This document shows, piece by piece, positions 28,345 to 37,397 of a DNA stretch of 38,680 nt (position 1 is the stretch's first letter; every line of letters begins with the position of its first letter). The translations under genes and the position numbers were made by a program. Source of the stretch: an uncultured Patescibacteria group bacterium (GTDB lineage Bacteria > Patescibacteriota > Patescibacteriia > Veblenbacterales > UBA10138); assembly GCA_937929825.1 (NCBI GenBank), contig CALFUV010000018.1:1-38680 (forward strand). The letters are read 5' to 3'. The notes under the pieces are model-generated. The model had not been told where the DNA came from. It did not search any database and saw only the letters and a program-made list of their open reading frames with translations.

Positions 28345-28800
28345 TTATTTATTTACATGAACCATTGGTTTTAAATACATAGCCAACAGCATAATCACTA
28401 AAAATATTAAAAAGCCCCAAACACAAGATGATACTCTGGTTAGGGCAAAAGTTTCCCAAAAGACAGGCCCTTTTTGAATAGCTGGTAAACAAAGTTCGCG
28501 CCAAGATACCCAGCCTGAAAAAATTACGCCAATAACAGCTGTCAACTTTAGCCAAATCAATAGTTTAGTTTGTTTCTTCAGCATTAATCCGCTAAGAATA
28601 GCTAGTAATATAAAAAGTGTTAAGCCGTATGGGCACGGAGTTAGACCCAATATTGATAAACCAACACAAGAAAAAATTCCTGGCTCTGTTGCTGGCGCTA
28701 TAATCTGTCTGATAGTAACAATGGCAGCAAAAATAACTCCAGTCACTGATAGGTAAAAAATTATTTTGAGAATTTTGAGATTCATAGAGTTAATAGACAA
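28345..28800 (-). CDS. Small polytopic membrane protein (about 4 TM, 151 aa), function unknown
   Basis: Hydrophobic profile. Overlaps the RuBisCO stop by 11 nt and directly precedes the GT2 gene, so it is probably co-transcribed with both. Confidence 0.5.
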   Translation of the reverse strand: MSINSMNLKILKIIFYLSVTGVIFAAIVTIRQIIAPATEPGIFSCVGLSILGLTPCPYGLTLFILLAILSGLMLKKQTKLLIWLKLTAVIGVIFSGWVSWRELCLPAIQKGPVFWETFALTRVSSCVWGFLIFLVIMLLAMYLKPMVHVNK

Positions 28801-30250
28801 TTTTTGGTTCAGTACCCCATAATTTTACAGCTTCAGCTAAAGCCGAGGAGGGATTTTTAGCCACATAGTCTTTAATACTCATGCCAGCCATTATAGCTTG
28901 TCTGGCTTCAATAGCGGCTTCTACCCCCTTTTCTGCTCCGCCGGGATGACCAAGCACGCCACCTCCTAATTGAATGAAAATATCCAAGCCGAGTTTTTGT
29001 ACTACAATATCCAAGACTCCGGGATGTAAGCCACCTGAAGCAACCGACCAAACAGGTTTGATATTGTACCATTTTTGACCTAAGGTATTAAGTTGTGGCT
29101 GAGCTGGAGTTTCATTTTGTCCTAAAGCCGCTGCGGTATTAACTTCTTCCTTTGTAATATGAAATTGACTATACGGATCATATCCATTTACTTCATCAGG
29201 ATTCATAGCAGCGTCTATAAGTTCACTTTCTCCGTAATCTTGCATTTTTGATTTTGGACTACCAATATGTAATGAATCTACGCCTAACAAACGGTAGATT
29301 TTTGCCAAAGCAAGCATGGAAACACTAAAACCCCACAAACTACCCTGCCCTCTTAAACCAGGGCCTGATTCACGAGTTATAAAACCATGCATGGCACGAT
29401 GAGCATGAATAAAAAGGCCGGGATTATTAAGACGCATACTATGAAGACTGGCAAAACCAGTAGTAACCACATCTATCATCATCACCCGTCCACCTTCTTG
29501 AGCTATAAGCTCTGCTCTTTGTTTCATAACTTCAATATCAGAATGAGTAATATTGCACAAATAAAGCTTTTTTTGACCAGTACGAGCTTCTATTTCCTGT
29601 TGTACAGCGTGTACTGCTCGACAGCGGTCTTCAAATTTATTAAAAGGGAGACTAGTCAGATTCTCATCGTCTTTAATAAAATCATAGCTACCATCTCCGG
29701 CTAACCATATTCGTCTTGCTAAAACTGCCTGTTCTTCAGCAGTGCGTCCTACCTTTGGTTTAGGTACAGTACCCATAATTGGTTTTTTATCATGGTGACC
29801 AAGCAATTTTCGCAAACCATCAATGCCAAATTGTGGTCCGGGAAATGATTCTACAAAAGGACGAGGAAACCTAATATCAAATATTCTCAGGCCTTGAATC
29901 ATTTTCATACCTGCAATATTACCAACAGGCCCGGCTAAAAAACCTGACATATTACCCGGTTCAAATAGATCAACACGGTAAGCAACTTTGAACATGTGAT
30001 CCTGTAAATTAAGATCAAAAACTATAGCTTTATAATCTTCTGCCCGGGCCATACCTGAATCCGGCCGTGATTCCACTTTTGTCCAAGTGCCGGTTGATGA
30101 TTCGGCCGCTACTGAAGCAGCTGCTTGGGGAAACATATTTTCACCCACACCCGGAGCCAGCTGAAGTTTAAAAAGAACTATTAAATATTTTTCATCTGAT
30201 TCGGGTGGTTGCCAGCCTGTTGGCGCTAAATAATCAAGTTGTACAGCCAT
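28790..30250 (-). CDS. rbcL: Ribulose-1,5-bisphosphate carboxylase/oxygenase large subunit, form III-like or II/III-like (archaeal or CPR type)
   Basis: Diagnostic RuBisCO active-site segments: AAESSTGTWT, GTVPKPKVG, DFIKDDENLTS (carbamylated Lys), HAHRAMHG, SGGLHPG, LGGGVLGHPGG. 486 aa with an extra segment between LHIGS and SGGLHPG compared with archaeal form III. Confidence 0.85.
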   Translation of the reverse strand: MAVQLDYLAPTGWQPPESDEKYLIVLFKLQLAPGVGENMFPQAAASVAAESSTGTWTKVESRPDSGMARAEDYKAIVFDLNLQDHMFKVAYRVDLFEPGNMSGFLAGPVGNIAGMKMIQGLRIFDIRFPRPFVESFPGPQFGIDGLRKLLGHHDKKPIMGTVPKPKVGRTAEEQAVLARRIWLAGDGSYDFIKDDENLTSLPFNKFEDRCRAVHAVQQEIEARTGQKKLYLCNITHSDIEVMKQRAELIAQEGGRVMMIDVVTTGFASLHSMRLNNPGLFIHAHRAMHGFITRESGPGLRGQGSLWGFSVSMLALAKIYRLLGVDSLHIGSPKSKMQDYGESELIDAAMNPDEVNGYDPYSQFHITKEEVNTAAALGQNETPAQPQLNTLGQKWYNIKPVWSVASGGLHPGVLDIVVQKLGLDIFIQLGGGVLGHPGGAEKGVEAAIEARQAIMAGMSIKDYVAKNPSSALAEAVKLWGTEPKIVY

Positions 30251-30253
30251 AGT

Positions 30254-30904
30254 TTAAGGTTGATTAATACTTATTTTTTTAATAATTATATCCTGTAAAG
30301 GATGATCATTAGCGTTAGTGGCTACAGATTCTATTTTATCTACCACTTCCATACCAGCTGATACGTAACCAAAATTAGTATGTTTGCCATCCAGCCACGG
30401 GGTAGCTTCAGCTGTCACAATAAAAAATTGACTACCATTAGTGTTTGGGCCGGCATTAGCCATAGCTACACTACCACGCACTAAAGGATGCTGATTAATT
30501 TCATCAGTAAAAGTATATCCCGGTCCGCCAGTGCCATCATCAGACCAATCGTCATCCTTGGAAAGCGGATCGCCAGTTTGTACCATAAAATTCTTGATAA
30601 CCCGATGAAATTTTACTCCGTCATAAAATCCGGCTGTAGCAAGTTTAATAAAATTTGCTACTGTCAATTCAGGTTCAGGATAAAAAATAATGGTAATATC
30701 TCCATAATTAGTGTGTAAGATAACAGACGTTGGTGCTGAGATCATAGGTATTTGACTGGTTGATTGGGTTAGCTGGTTATTTGCAGGTAATTTGGGTTGA
30801 GCTTCTATAAAATCCTGTTGGGTTGGTCGGACGTTTGGCGGTCTTAAAGAACAAGCTCCTAATAATATAGCACTTAAAATAAGAAAAGAAATTTTTTTAA
30901 CCAT
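30254..30904 (-). CDS. Cyclophilin-type peptidyl-prolyl cis-trans isomerase, predicted lipoprotein
   Basis: Lipobox LLGAC near the N-terminus. Cyclophilin motifs [14 protein letters not shown] and GSQFFIV. Confidence 0.8.
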   Translation of the reverse strand: MVKKISFLILSAILLGACSLRPPNVRPTQQDFIEAQPKLPANNQLTQSTSQIPMISAPTSVILHTNYGDITIIFYPEPELTVANFIKLATAGFYDGVKFHRVIKNFMVQTGDPLSKDDDWSDDGTGGPGYTFTDEINQHPLVRGSVAMANAGPNTNGSQFFIVTAEATPWLDGKHTNFGYVSAGMEVVDKIESVATNANDHPLQDIIIKKISINQP

Positions 30905-30931
30905 AAAATAATTTTAGCATAAAATTAATTA

Positions 30932-31219
30932 TTAGTGATGATCTAAAAAAATACCAGACCGATGTTTATTTACGTAAATATATTGCCACCAGCGACCTGC
31001 TTGTCTGGCTCCCCATAAAGCTCCGCCAATAGTTAAGGTTATTACGAATAACTCATGAATCATAAACCATTGATTCCAACTCAAACCCCAGCCCCATAGG
31101 GCGTAGTTATTAAGTAATCGTGGAATATACCATAATTCAATCAAGGCATGTAATAAAAATCCGCTTAAACCACCAGCTGTTATAACTGCTAAATGATATA
31201 AAAATTTTTTTAATAACAT
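30932..31219 (-). CDS. Small membrane protein (95 aa, 2-3 TM, Trp-rich)
   Basis: ORF abuts the stop of the upstream 532-aa gene. Hydrophobic. Confidence 0.4.
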   Translation of the reverse strand: MLLKKFLYHLAVITAGGLSGFLLHALIELWYIPRLLNNYALWGWGLSWNQWFMIHELFVITLTIGGALWGARQAGRWWQYIYVNKHRSGIFLDHH

Positions 31220-32818
31220 TTACATCATTTCCTCTTTTTTCTCTTTTAAAAAATGGAACCAGTCTTCAATCACTCTTAAAATACTTTTAAAAGGAACTTC
31301 AAACATAAAATCAAGTATAAAAACAAAGAAGTTATAACGATCAAAAGTGTTTGATAGCCACTTACCTAAGGCAATAATGGGAAAAGAAAAGAAATCTAAA
31401 ATAAAAGAAGTAATAGTTTCCCTGCCTCTTACCACCTTAAGTTGTCTGGCTTGTTGGCGGAGATTGATGCCAAAAAAGCTGACTAAACTAACAAAGAAAA
31501 TAAAAAGTGCACCGGAAAGTACATTGAAATTAAGGCGCCACAATACAAAAATAATCGCGCTAAAAGAAACTAACATAGTTGCCGTATATAGTAGAGTGTA
31601 AAAAAGTTTGGTGAAAAAGTGAGGTCGACGAGGTAGGAGGCGCTGATTGGCATAAAAACTGTAATCTTGTTCGTAAACAATTTCTTTTACACCTTCTAAA
31701 ATTTTTTCTTCATTAGATTTATCCGGCGATTTTATCAATAAAGTTATAATCATCATTAAAAGCGGAGGAAAAAGCAGGTTTATACCCAGAGGAATATAAC
31801 TTATTTTTCCTAAAATCAGATGCTCATAAGGTAATTCAATAAGTATGGCCAATAATATTTTGGTTATAAAAATATAAGTCATAGCATGAAACCCCTTGCG
31901 CCGTAACCTTTTTCTGGTTGATAACCAATAAGATTGGTATGTTTCTCTGGCAGCTTGTTCCAGTTTCTGAGGATTGCGTATTAATTCTTCCGTTCTTGTG
32001 GGGTTATTAATGATAGTTTGGCGTAAAATAACAATTGGTACCAGCCAGCGTTTAATTAAGGGTATAAGTCGTTTGCCTAAAATATGGTTTTGTAAAGAGT
32101 TAAATTCGTTTAAAATACTCTCAAAACGGGGAGCAAGATACTCAACAGCTTCATTTTCTGGGGTATTAAACCAAGGAGCATGATAATGCAGCAGTAAATA
32201 ATAATTTAAAATATCACGATCAGCTCTATTTAAAATTCTTTCAATATTCAGTACTAATTGAACATTTTGCTGGTCAGTAGATTCTGATAGGGCCGATAAA
32301 TCCAAAGCCGGTTTGATTATTTTAGTTGCCAAATTTGTGAAGGCTGTGCGCGCTCGTGGTGAAACAATAGTGTTATCACATTCCACTGCCGCTAAACCAA
32401 TAAGTTGTTCTCGCCAACGAGGAACCCGACAACCTAAAAGTTTAATTTTATTAAAAAGTGTATAATATTTTTTAATAATATTGTTAAGGTCTGGTATTAA
32501 AGCTTCATCAATTTCATCATTAGGTAAATAACGCGATAATACCAGCTCCCGCAACAAATCAGCACCTAAAGAAGAGGTTGGATTAAATTGCGGTAATAAA
32601 AATTTTCTTTTTAAAAATCGTCTGATGGCATTTTTCCTTAACAGATTTTCTTCTTTGTAGTCCACAATATTTCTAAGTTTTTCATAGGCAAAAGCCGGCA
32701 AGCTAGTAATTTCTGAAACATGAATAGGTCTTTCTGCCGGACGATTAATTTCATCTTGGTAAAGCTGTAAACTAGCCAGCAGTTCATTGATTTTTTCAGA
32801 GGGAATAGCGTGAGGCAT
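31220..32818 (-). CDS. Hypothetical protein (532 aa): about 320-aa soluble N-terminal part plus 4-5 C-terminal TM helices
   Basis: Long ORF with no recognisable motifs. Confidence 0.5.
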   Translation of the reverse strand: MPHAIPSEKINELLASLQLYQDEINRPAERPIHVSEITSLPAFAYEKLRNIVDYKEENLLRKNAIRRFLKRKFLLPQFNPTSSLGADLLRELVLSRYLPNDEIDEALIPDLNNIIKKYYTLFNKIKLLGCRVPRWREQLIGLAAVECDNTIVSPRARTAFTNLATKIIKPALDLSALSESTDQQNVQLVLNIERILNRADRDILNYYLLLHYHAPWFNTPENEAVEYLAPRFESILNEFNSLQNHILGKRLIPLIKRWLVPIVILRQTIINNPTRTEELIRNPQKLEQAARETYQSYWLSTRKRLRRKGFHAMTYIFITKILLAILIELPYEHLILGKISYIPLGINLLFPPLLMMIITLLIKSPDKSNEEKILEGVKEIVYEQDYSFYANQRLLPRRPHFFTKLFYTLLYTATMLVSFSAIIFVLWRLNFNVLSGALFIFFVSLVSFFGINLRQQARQLKVVRGRETITSFILDFFSFPIIALGKWLSNTFDRYNFFVFILDFMFEVPFKSILRVIEDWFHFLKEKKEEMM

Positions 32819-32892
32819 GTTTATAGTATTTTTTAAAAAGTTTAATATGTAAAACGGTCATAGTTTAGCAAAATAGAACGAAAGAATCAAGC

Positions 32893-34221
32893 CTACAATC
32901 CAGTTTGATAGCCGGCTAAATGAAGAGAACTATCATAAAAATGTTTATATACTAATCTGAATTTAGCTACATAATAAGCTGTTTCTGAGCGTAAACTTGA
33001 AGATATATTTCCGTGATATTTATCCCAAGCCTCTCCCCAATTTTTGATAGCCCTTCTAACTCTGGTGGGCCCACCGTTATACATAGCTGCCATAAGAGCA
33101 CCTAAATTATAATTATCGGCGACGTATTTTTCTCTAGTTTCTTTGGGTAGTAAGGTGAGATTATAATCTAGTAAACCTATTTGAGCTTTAATAGCGTTAT
33201 AAGGATCTGTCATACCTTGCACAAAATCTGGGTGTAGAGTAAGATCAGGTCTTATTTTTCGTAAATTATGGTAAGTACTTGGTATAAATTGTACTAGTCC
33301 ACGAGCTGAAGATTGTGAGCGTGCGTAAGCATATGACCTATGTTCATTAGCAGCCAAAGTGGCATAAAATCGCCTAAGATAAGAATCAGCCGAGTTGTTT
33401 AAAAGCACTGAAGCCTCAACATGTTCAATGGCAATAATAGTTTTAACTGTAGCTTGATCAATAACTTTAGTGATTAACTCTCTTGGTCGGGCTCGTGAAG
33501 TTATTTTAAGCTGTTCCAATTCCTGATACACAGCTTGGACTTTATTATTTAAATAATTTTTACCAGCTTGAACTAATATCGGGTGATCAAATTTTGTTGA
33601 GTAAGGAATATAAACTACGTTTTCTAGTTTAAATTTAGTTTGTTTTCCATCGCTAATGTCTGCGAATACTGGATGGATAAGACCTAAAACCATTAGATCT
33701 CGACGGTTGGTGACTTCAATTACACTATTTACACCATTATTACGTAGTAGTTTGAATTTGTAATTACTGGTATTTATAGGTGTAATAGTCTGATCGTTTT
33801 TTATAACTCGTACCAAATCAAATTCATTTTTTTCATAATTCCACAAACCAAGCACAAGTTCTAGGGGTATATTGCGAGAAGTAACTACGCGCGGTTTATA
33901 ATTTGGATCAAGTTCCTGACTATCAACTTGCTCCTGCAACAATTTTTTAATCTCCTGAATAGCCTGATAAATCTTTTGTCCGTCAATCTCTTTTTCGGGT
34001 TGAGTTGGAGTTGTTTCTTCTTCAGAGGACCATTGCCAAAAAGTTGTCAATGGAGTGGAGCCTAAAGTATTTTCCTGAGCTCTGGCGGGTAAAAAAACGA
34101 TTCCCAATAAGCCAATAACTAATGTTCCAGCTAGGGCAAAAAAGACTTTTTTCATTATATTTATTATAGCAAATTTGACAGAATTTGAATAATAATTACT
34201 GTCAAGTAGTTTAAACTTCAA
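32893..34221 (-). CDS. Secreted or membrane-anchored protein with C-terminal SLT-like lytic transglycosylase motifs
   Basis: N-terminal hydrophobic anchor. The C-terminal region carries GLVQFIPSTY (GLMQ-like) and MAAMYNGGPTRV (AYNAG-like) motifs. Confidence 0.4.
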   Translation of the reverse strand: MKFKLLDSNYYSNSVKFAIINIMKKVFFALAGTLVIGLLGIVFLPARAQENTLGSTPLTTFWQWSSEEETTPTQPEKEIDGQKIYQAIQEIKKLLQEQVDSQELDPNYKPRVVTSRNIPLELVLGLWNYEKNEFDLVRVIKNDQTITPINTSNYKFKLLRNNGVNSVIEVTNRRDLMVLGLIHPVFADISDGKQTKFKLENVVYIPYSTKFDHPILVQAGKNYLNNKVQAVYQELEQLKITSRARPRELITKVIDQATVKTIIAIEHVEASVLLNNSADSYLRRFYATLAANEHRSYAYARSQSSARGLVQFIPSTYHNLRKIRPDLTLHPDFVQGMTDPYNAIKAQIGLLDYNLTLLPKETREKYVADNYNLGALMAAMYNGGPTRVRRAIKNWGEAWDKYHGNISSSLRSETAYYVAKFRLVYKHFYDSSLHLAGYQTGL

Positions 34222-35617
34222 AAGATTGCCCTACTTCAGGCAAAAAGACTTGCCAGTTGGCGTTATATTGTCGTAAATTGGTTTGCAAAATAGAAGCTTG
34301 CTCGATTTCACCGTGAACCAAAAAAATATTTTTTAAATTTTTTACAGAAGCAGCATAATCAAATAAAGCCAAGGAGTCGGCATGAGCACTAAATTCATTT
34401 AATACTTCAATACGCGCACGCACTTTAAAATATTGTCCAAAAATTCGCACATTTTTAGCACCTTCTACCAGACGACGGCCAAGGGTATGTTTAGCTTGAA
34501 AACCAGTTATGAGGATTATATTTCTTTCATCCTCAATATTGTTAATTAAATGATGAAGTATACGCCCAGCTTCGCACATGCCTGAAGCAGAAATAATTAT
34601 AAAAGGCCCCGGTTTGTGATTTAAATTTTTTGATTCTTCACGAGTTTCGGTATAAGTAAGATTACGGAAGGATAAGGGTAAATCGCCACGTTTACCAAAA
34701 TCTTCCCAAGACTCTTCATCATAAGTTTCTGGGTGTTTGGCAAAAACTTCTGTTAAATTTGTGGCCAAAGGACTATCCACATAAATATCAAGTCGGGGAA
34801 TTTTTTTAGAATCAGTCAATTGATGTAAAACGTAAACCAGTTCTTGTGTGCGTCCTAAGGCAAAAGTGGGCACAATAATTTTGCCACCTTTTTGATAAAT
34901 ATCATTTACGATATTTCTTAATTTTTCCACTGCTTCAGTTAAAGAACGGTGTTGACGTGCGCCATAAGTTGATTCCAATAACAAAGTTTCCACTTCATCT
35001 TTAATACTTTCCGGATCAGGAATTAAAGGTGTGCCACTACGTCCTAAGTCACCGGTGTAAGCCACTCGTTTAATTTTTCCTTTATTATTTATTTCTAATA
35101 CAGTTACTGCAGAACCCATAATATGTCCAGCATCATAAAATTTAAGCCGTAGACCGGGTGCTAGTTGAAACCATTCTCCGCTTAGACGAACATAAGGAAC
35201 CTCCACAAAGCGAGATATTACTTCATCAACATCATCTTGATTAAAAAGTGGTTGGGCTAATTCAGCACCTTCTATTCTATGACGATTCATATAATCAGCA
35301 TCCATTTGTTGAATATGTGCGGCGTCTTTTAATATCCAAGCTGTTACATCACGGGTGGCAGCTGTAGCATAAATTCGTCCTTTATAACCGGATTTAATTA
35401 GTAAAGGTAAACTGCCACAGTGATCAAGATGACCGTGAGATAATATAACAGCTGTAATTTTGGAGGCTTCGAAAGGTAGTTGGCTATTCATTTCTCGCGT
35501 TATTTTACGACTGCCTTGAAATACTCCACAATCCATTAAAATATGATGGTTATCAGCTTCTAATAAATGTTTGGCGCCGGTTACTCCACTAACGCCACCA
35601 TAGAAAGTTAGTTTCAT
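34211..35617 (-). CDS. Metallo-beta-lactamase / beta-CASP ribonuclease (RNase J-like, short form)
   Basis: HxHxDH motif (ILSHGHLDHCG), MBL fold followed by a beta-CASP region (…YTGDLG…LLESTYG…), 468 aa. Confidence 0.7.
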   Translation of the reverse strand: MKLTFYGGVSGVTGAKHLLEADNHHILMDCGVFQGSRKITREMNSQLPFEASKITAVILSHGHLDHCGSLPLLIKSGYKGRIYATAATRDVTAWILKDAAHIQQMDADYMNRHRIEGAELAQPLFNQDDVDEVISRFVEVPYVRLSGEWFQLAPGLRLKFYDAGHIMGSAVTVLEINNKGKIKRVAYTGDLGRSGTPLIPDPESIKDEVETLLLESTYGARQHRSLTEAVEKLRNIVNDIYQKGGKIIVPTFALGRTQELVYVLHQLTDSKKIPRLDIYVDSPLATNLTEVFAKHPETYDEESWEDFGKRGDLPLSFRNLTYTETREESKNLNHKPGPFIIISASGMCEAGRILHHLINNIEDERNIILITGFQAKHTLGRRLVEGAKNVRIFGQYFKVRARIEVLNEFSAHADSLALFDYAASVKNLKNIFLVHGEIEQASILQTNLRQYNANWQVFLPEVGQSFEV

Positions 35618-35921
35618 ATTGATATTGATTAAATATTTTTTATTATACCATAATCACACTTTAAATTATTTATTGATTATAAAAAATCAAAGGAAAGATT
35701 TTAATCAAACTCTCTTACTAATCTAATTTAATAAAAAGACGGTTTTATTCGCTTAGGAGCGAAAACTATGACTTTACTTATCGTTAAAGAAAATAAAATT
35801 GGCTATAAATTTTGTTTATTATAGCTTTACAATAGTCAATCTTCCCCACAGAGCAAGAATTATTTTCCCCCGAATCATTTTTCTTTTTTACTCTCCCCCA
35901 ATAAAATTTTCGTATTCACTG

Positions 35922-35992
35922 CTGGGGGAGATGGATTCGAACCATCATAACCACCTCCAAAGGGTGGTGTCCTACCATTAGACGATCCCCCA
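35922..35992 (-). tRNA. tRNA-Gln (anticodon UUG); CCA not encoded
   Basis: Cloverleaf folded by hand on the reverse complement. U1-A72 acceptor pair, D-stem GUCU/GGAC, anticodon stem CCACC/GGUGG with loop CUUUGGA, T-arm GAUGG-UUCGAAU-CCAUC, discriminator G. Confidence 0.8.
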
Positions 35993-36089
35993 GCAGTGAA
36001 TACGAATTTAAAATGTTATTTTAAATAAGCGATCTTAGTCTGAAAGTTAAAACTTACTATTAAAATAAAATAATCCATTGTGGTTTGCT

Positions 36090-36118
36090 ATTTTACTTTT
36101 ATTACCCAAGCACGTCAA
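36090..36118 (-). promoter_or_regulatory. Candidate promoter (minus strand) TTGACG-N17-TAAAAT, with the -35 overlapping the stop of the upstream PCD gene. It would drive tRNA-Gln and possibly the RNase J-like gene
   Basis: Hexamers and 17-nt spacing read from sequence. The predicted start is about 90 nt upstream of the tRNA 5' end. Confidence 0.3.
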
Positions 36119-36468
36119 GCTGATGCGTTTGGTTGACTATGCCACAACTGATTAATTTTAGCTGCCATAATAAAATCATTATCTGAAAGTCCGCCAATAG
36201 CGTGAGTAAAAAGAATCACTTTTACATGATTCCAAGAAAAAAGTTCAATATTAGGATGGTGTCCTTCAGCCTCGGCTATCTCCCCTATTTGGTTTATAAA
36301 TTTAAGCGCAGCGATAAAATCTTTAAGAATAAACTCCCGGTTTATTTTTTTATAATCATCATTAACTCGCCAGCCCGGTATAGCTAATAAATATTCTTGA
36401 ACTTTATCAGATGAATGCGGCGTCACCCCACCTTCACAAGGGATACATTTTTTAGCAGACCAATCCAT
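36115..36468 (-). CDS. Pterin-4a-carbinolamine dehydratase (PCD/DCoH family)
   Basis: EGHHP signature (AEAEGHHPNIE). 117 aa, typical size. Confidence 0.75.
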   Translation of the reverse strand: MDWSAKKCIPCEGGVTPHSSDKVQEYLLAIPGWRVNDDYKKINREFILKDFIAALKFINQIGEIAEAEGHHPNIELFSWNHVKVILFTHAIGGLSDNDFIMAAKINQLWHSQPNASA

Positions 36469-36472
36469 AAGC

Positions 36473-37390
36473 TTAAATTTTTAAATAACGCCGCATAGCC
36501 ACATATGAAGCTAACATACTTAGAATACAAGCACCCACAAATTGCCAACCAAAAAAACGAAGTGAGTGCTCGGTAAAATAAGCCACCAAATCAAAACGAT
36601 AACCGTTAAAAAAGCTATCTATATAAGGCTGAATTGCTTGCAGGCCCGGGAAAAATATAACTGCTGTTAGTAATGTGCCTAATAAGGCATAAAACACACT
36701 TTCTATTACAAAAGGAGCACGAATAAATCCGTTAGAAGCCCCTACTAAACGCATAATACCAATTTCCTCGCGGTGAGTGTAAATGTTCATTCTGATAGTA
36801 TTAAAAACTACTAGCAAAGAAATGATTAAAAAAACTAAACTAATTATTTGGCCGGTTTTAGTTAGTTTGTTTGATAAATCACCAATAGCTTCTATCACTC
36901 GCCTATAATCATCGTAACGAGCATTTTGTACATATTCAGCAAATTCTTCACTAGTAACAGTATCCAAAATTTTTTGATAACCAGTATCGGTAACAGCTTT
37001 AACTATTAAACTGGCTCCTAAAGGATTTTCACCTATTTCCAATAAAGCTTCGGCTATTAGAGGATTAGCAGCATGACGTTCGCGAAATCTTTCTAGGGCC
37101 TGCTCAGCAGTTATAATTTCCACACTTTTGACTTCGGGTATAGTTTCAAGTTTTTCCTTAACTACCTGTACAGTATTAAGTGATAATTCAGGTTTCAGAT
37201 AAACTGAAATATCTACACGTTCCTCCAAACGGCTTAACGCTTGACGTGATATAACATTTAAAGCACCGAGTGTAGAAACTGAAATTAAACTAAGAGTGAC
37301 AATGGTAACAGTAACTACTGACAGCCAAAAATTACGAACAAAATTTTGCAGTGCTAGTTTAAAAACCCTAGATAAAGTAGTAAAAAACAT
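36473..37390 (-). CDS. ftsX: Cell division ABC transporter permease FtsX
   Basis: Four-TM topology with a large first extracytoplasmic loop. Immediately downstream of ftsE with a 7-nt gap. Confidence 0.75.
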   Translation of the reverse strand: MFFTTLSRVFKLALQNFVRNFWLSVVTVTIVTLSLISVSTLGALNVISRQALSRLEERVDISVYLKPELSLNTVQVVKEKLETIPEVKSVEIITAEQALERFRERHAANPLIAEALLEIGENPLGASLIVKAVTDTGYQKILDTVTSEEFAEYVQNARYDDYRRVIEAIGDLSNKLTKTGQIISLVFLIISLLVVFNTIRMNIYTHREEIGIMRLVGASNGFIRAPFVIESVFYALLGTLLTAVIFFPGLQAIQPYIDSFFNGYRFDLVAYFTEHSLRFFGWQFVGACILSMLASYVAMRRYLKI

Positions 37391-37397
37391 AAATATC

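Noticed and set aside
35799-35981. 60-aa ORF on + strand
   Set aside because: Overlaps tRNA-Gln on the opposite strand and lies in an AT-rich promoter region. Low-complexity translation.
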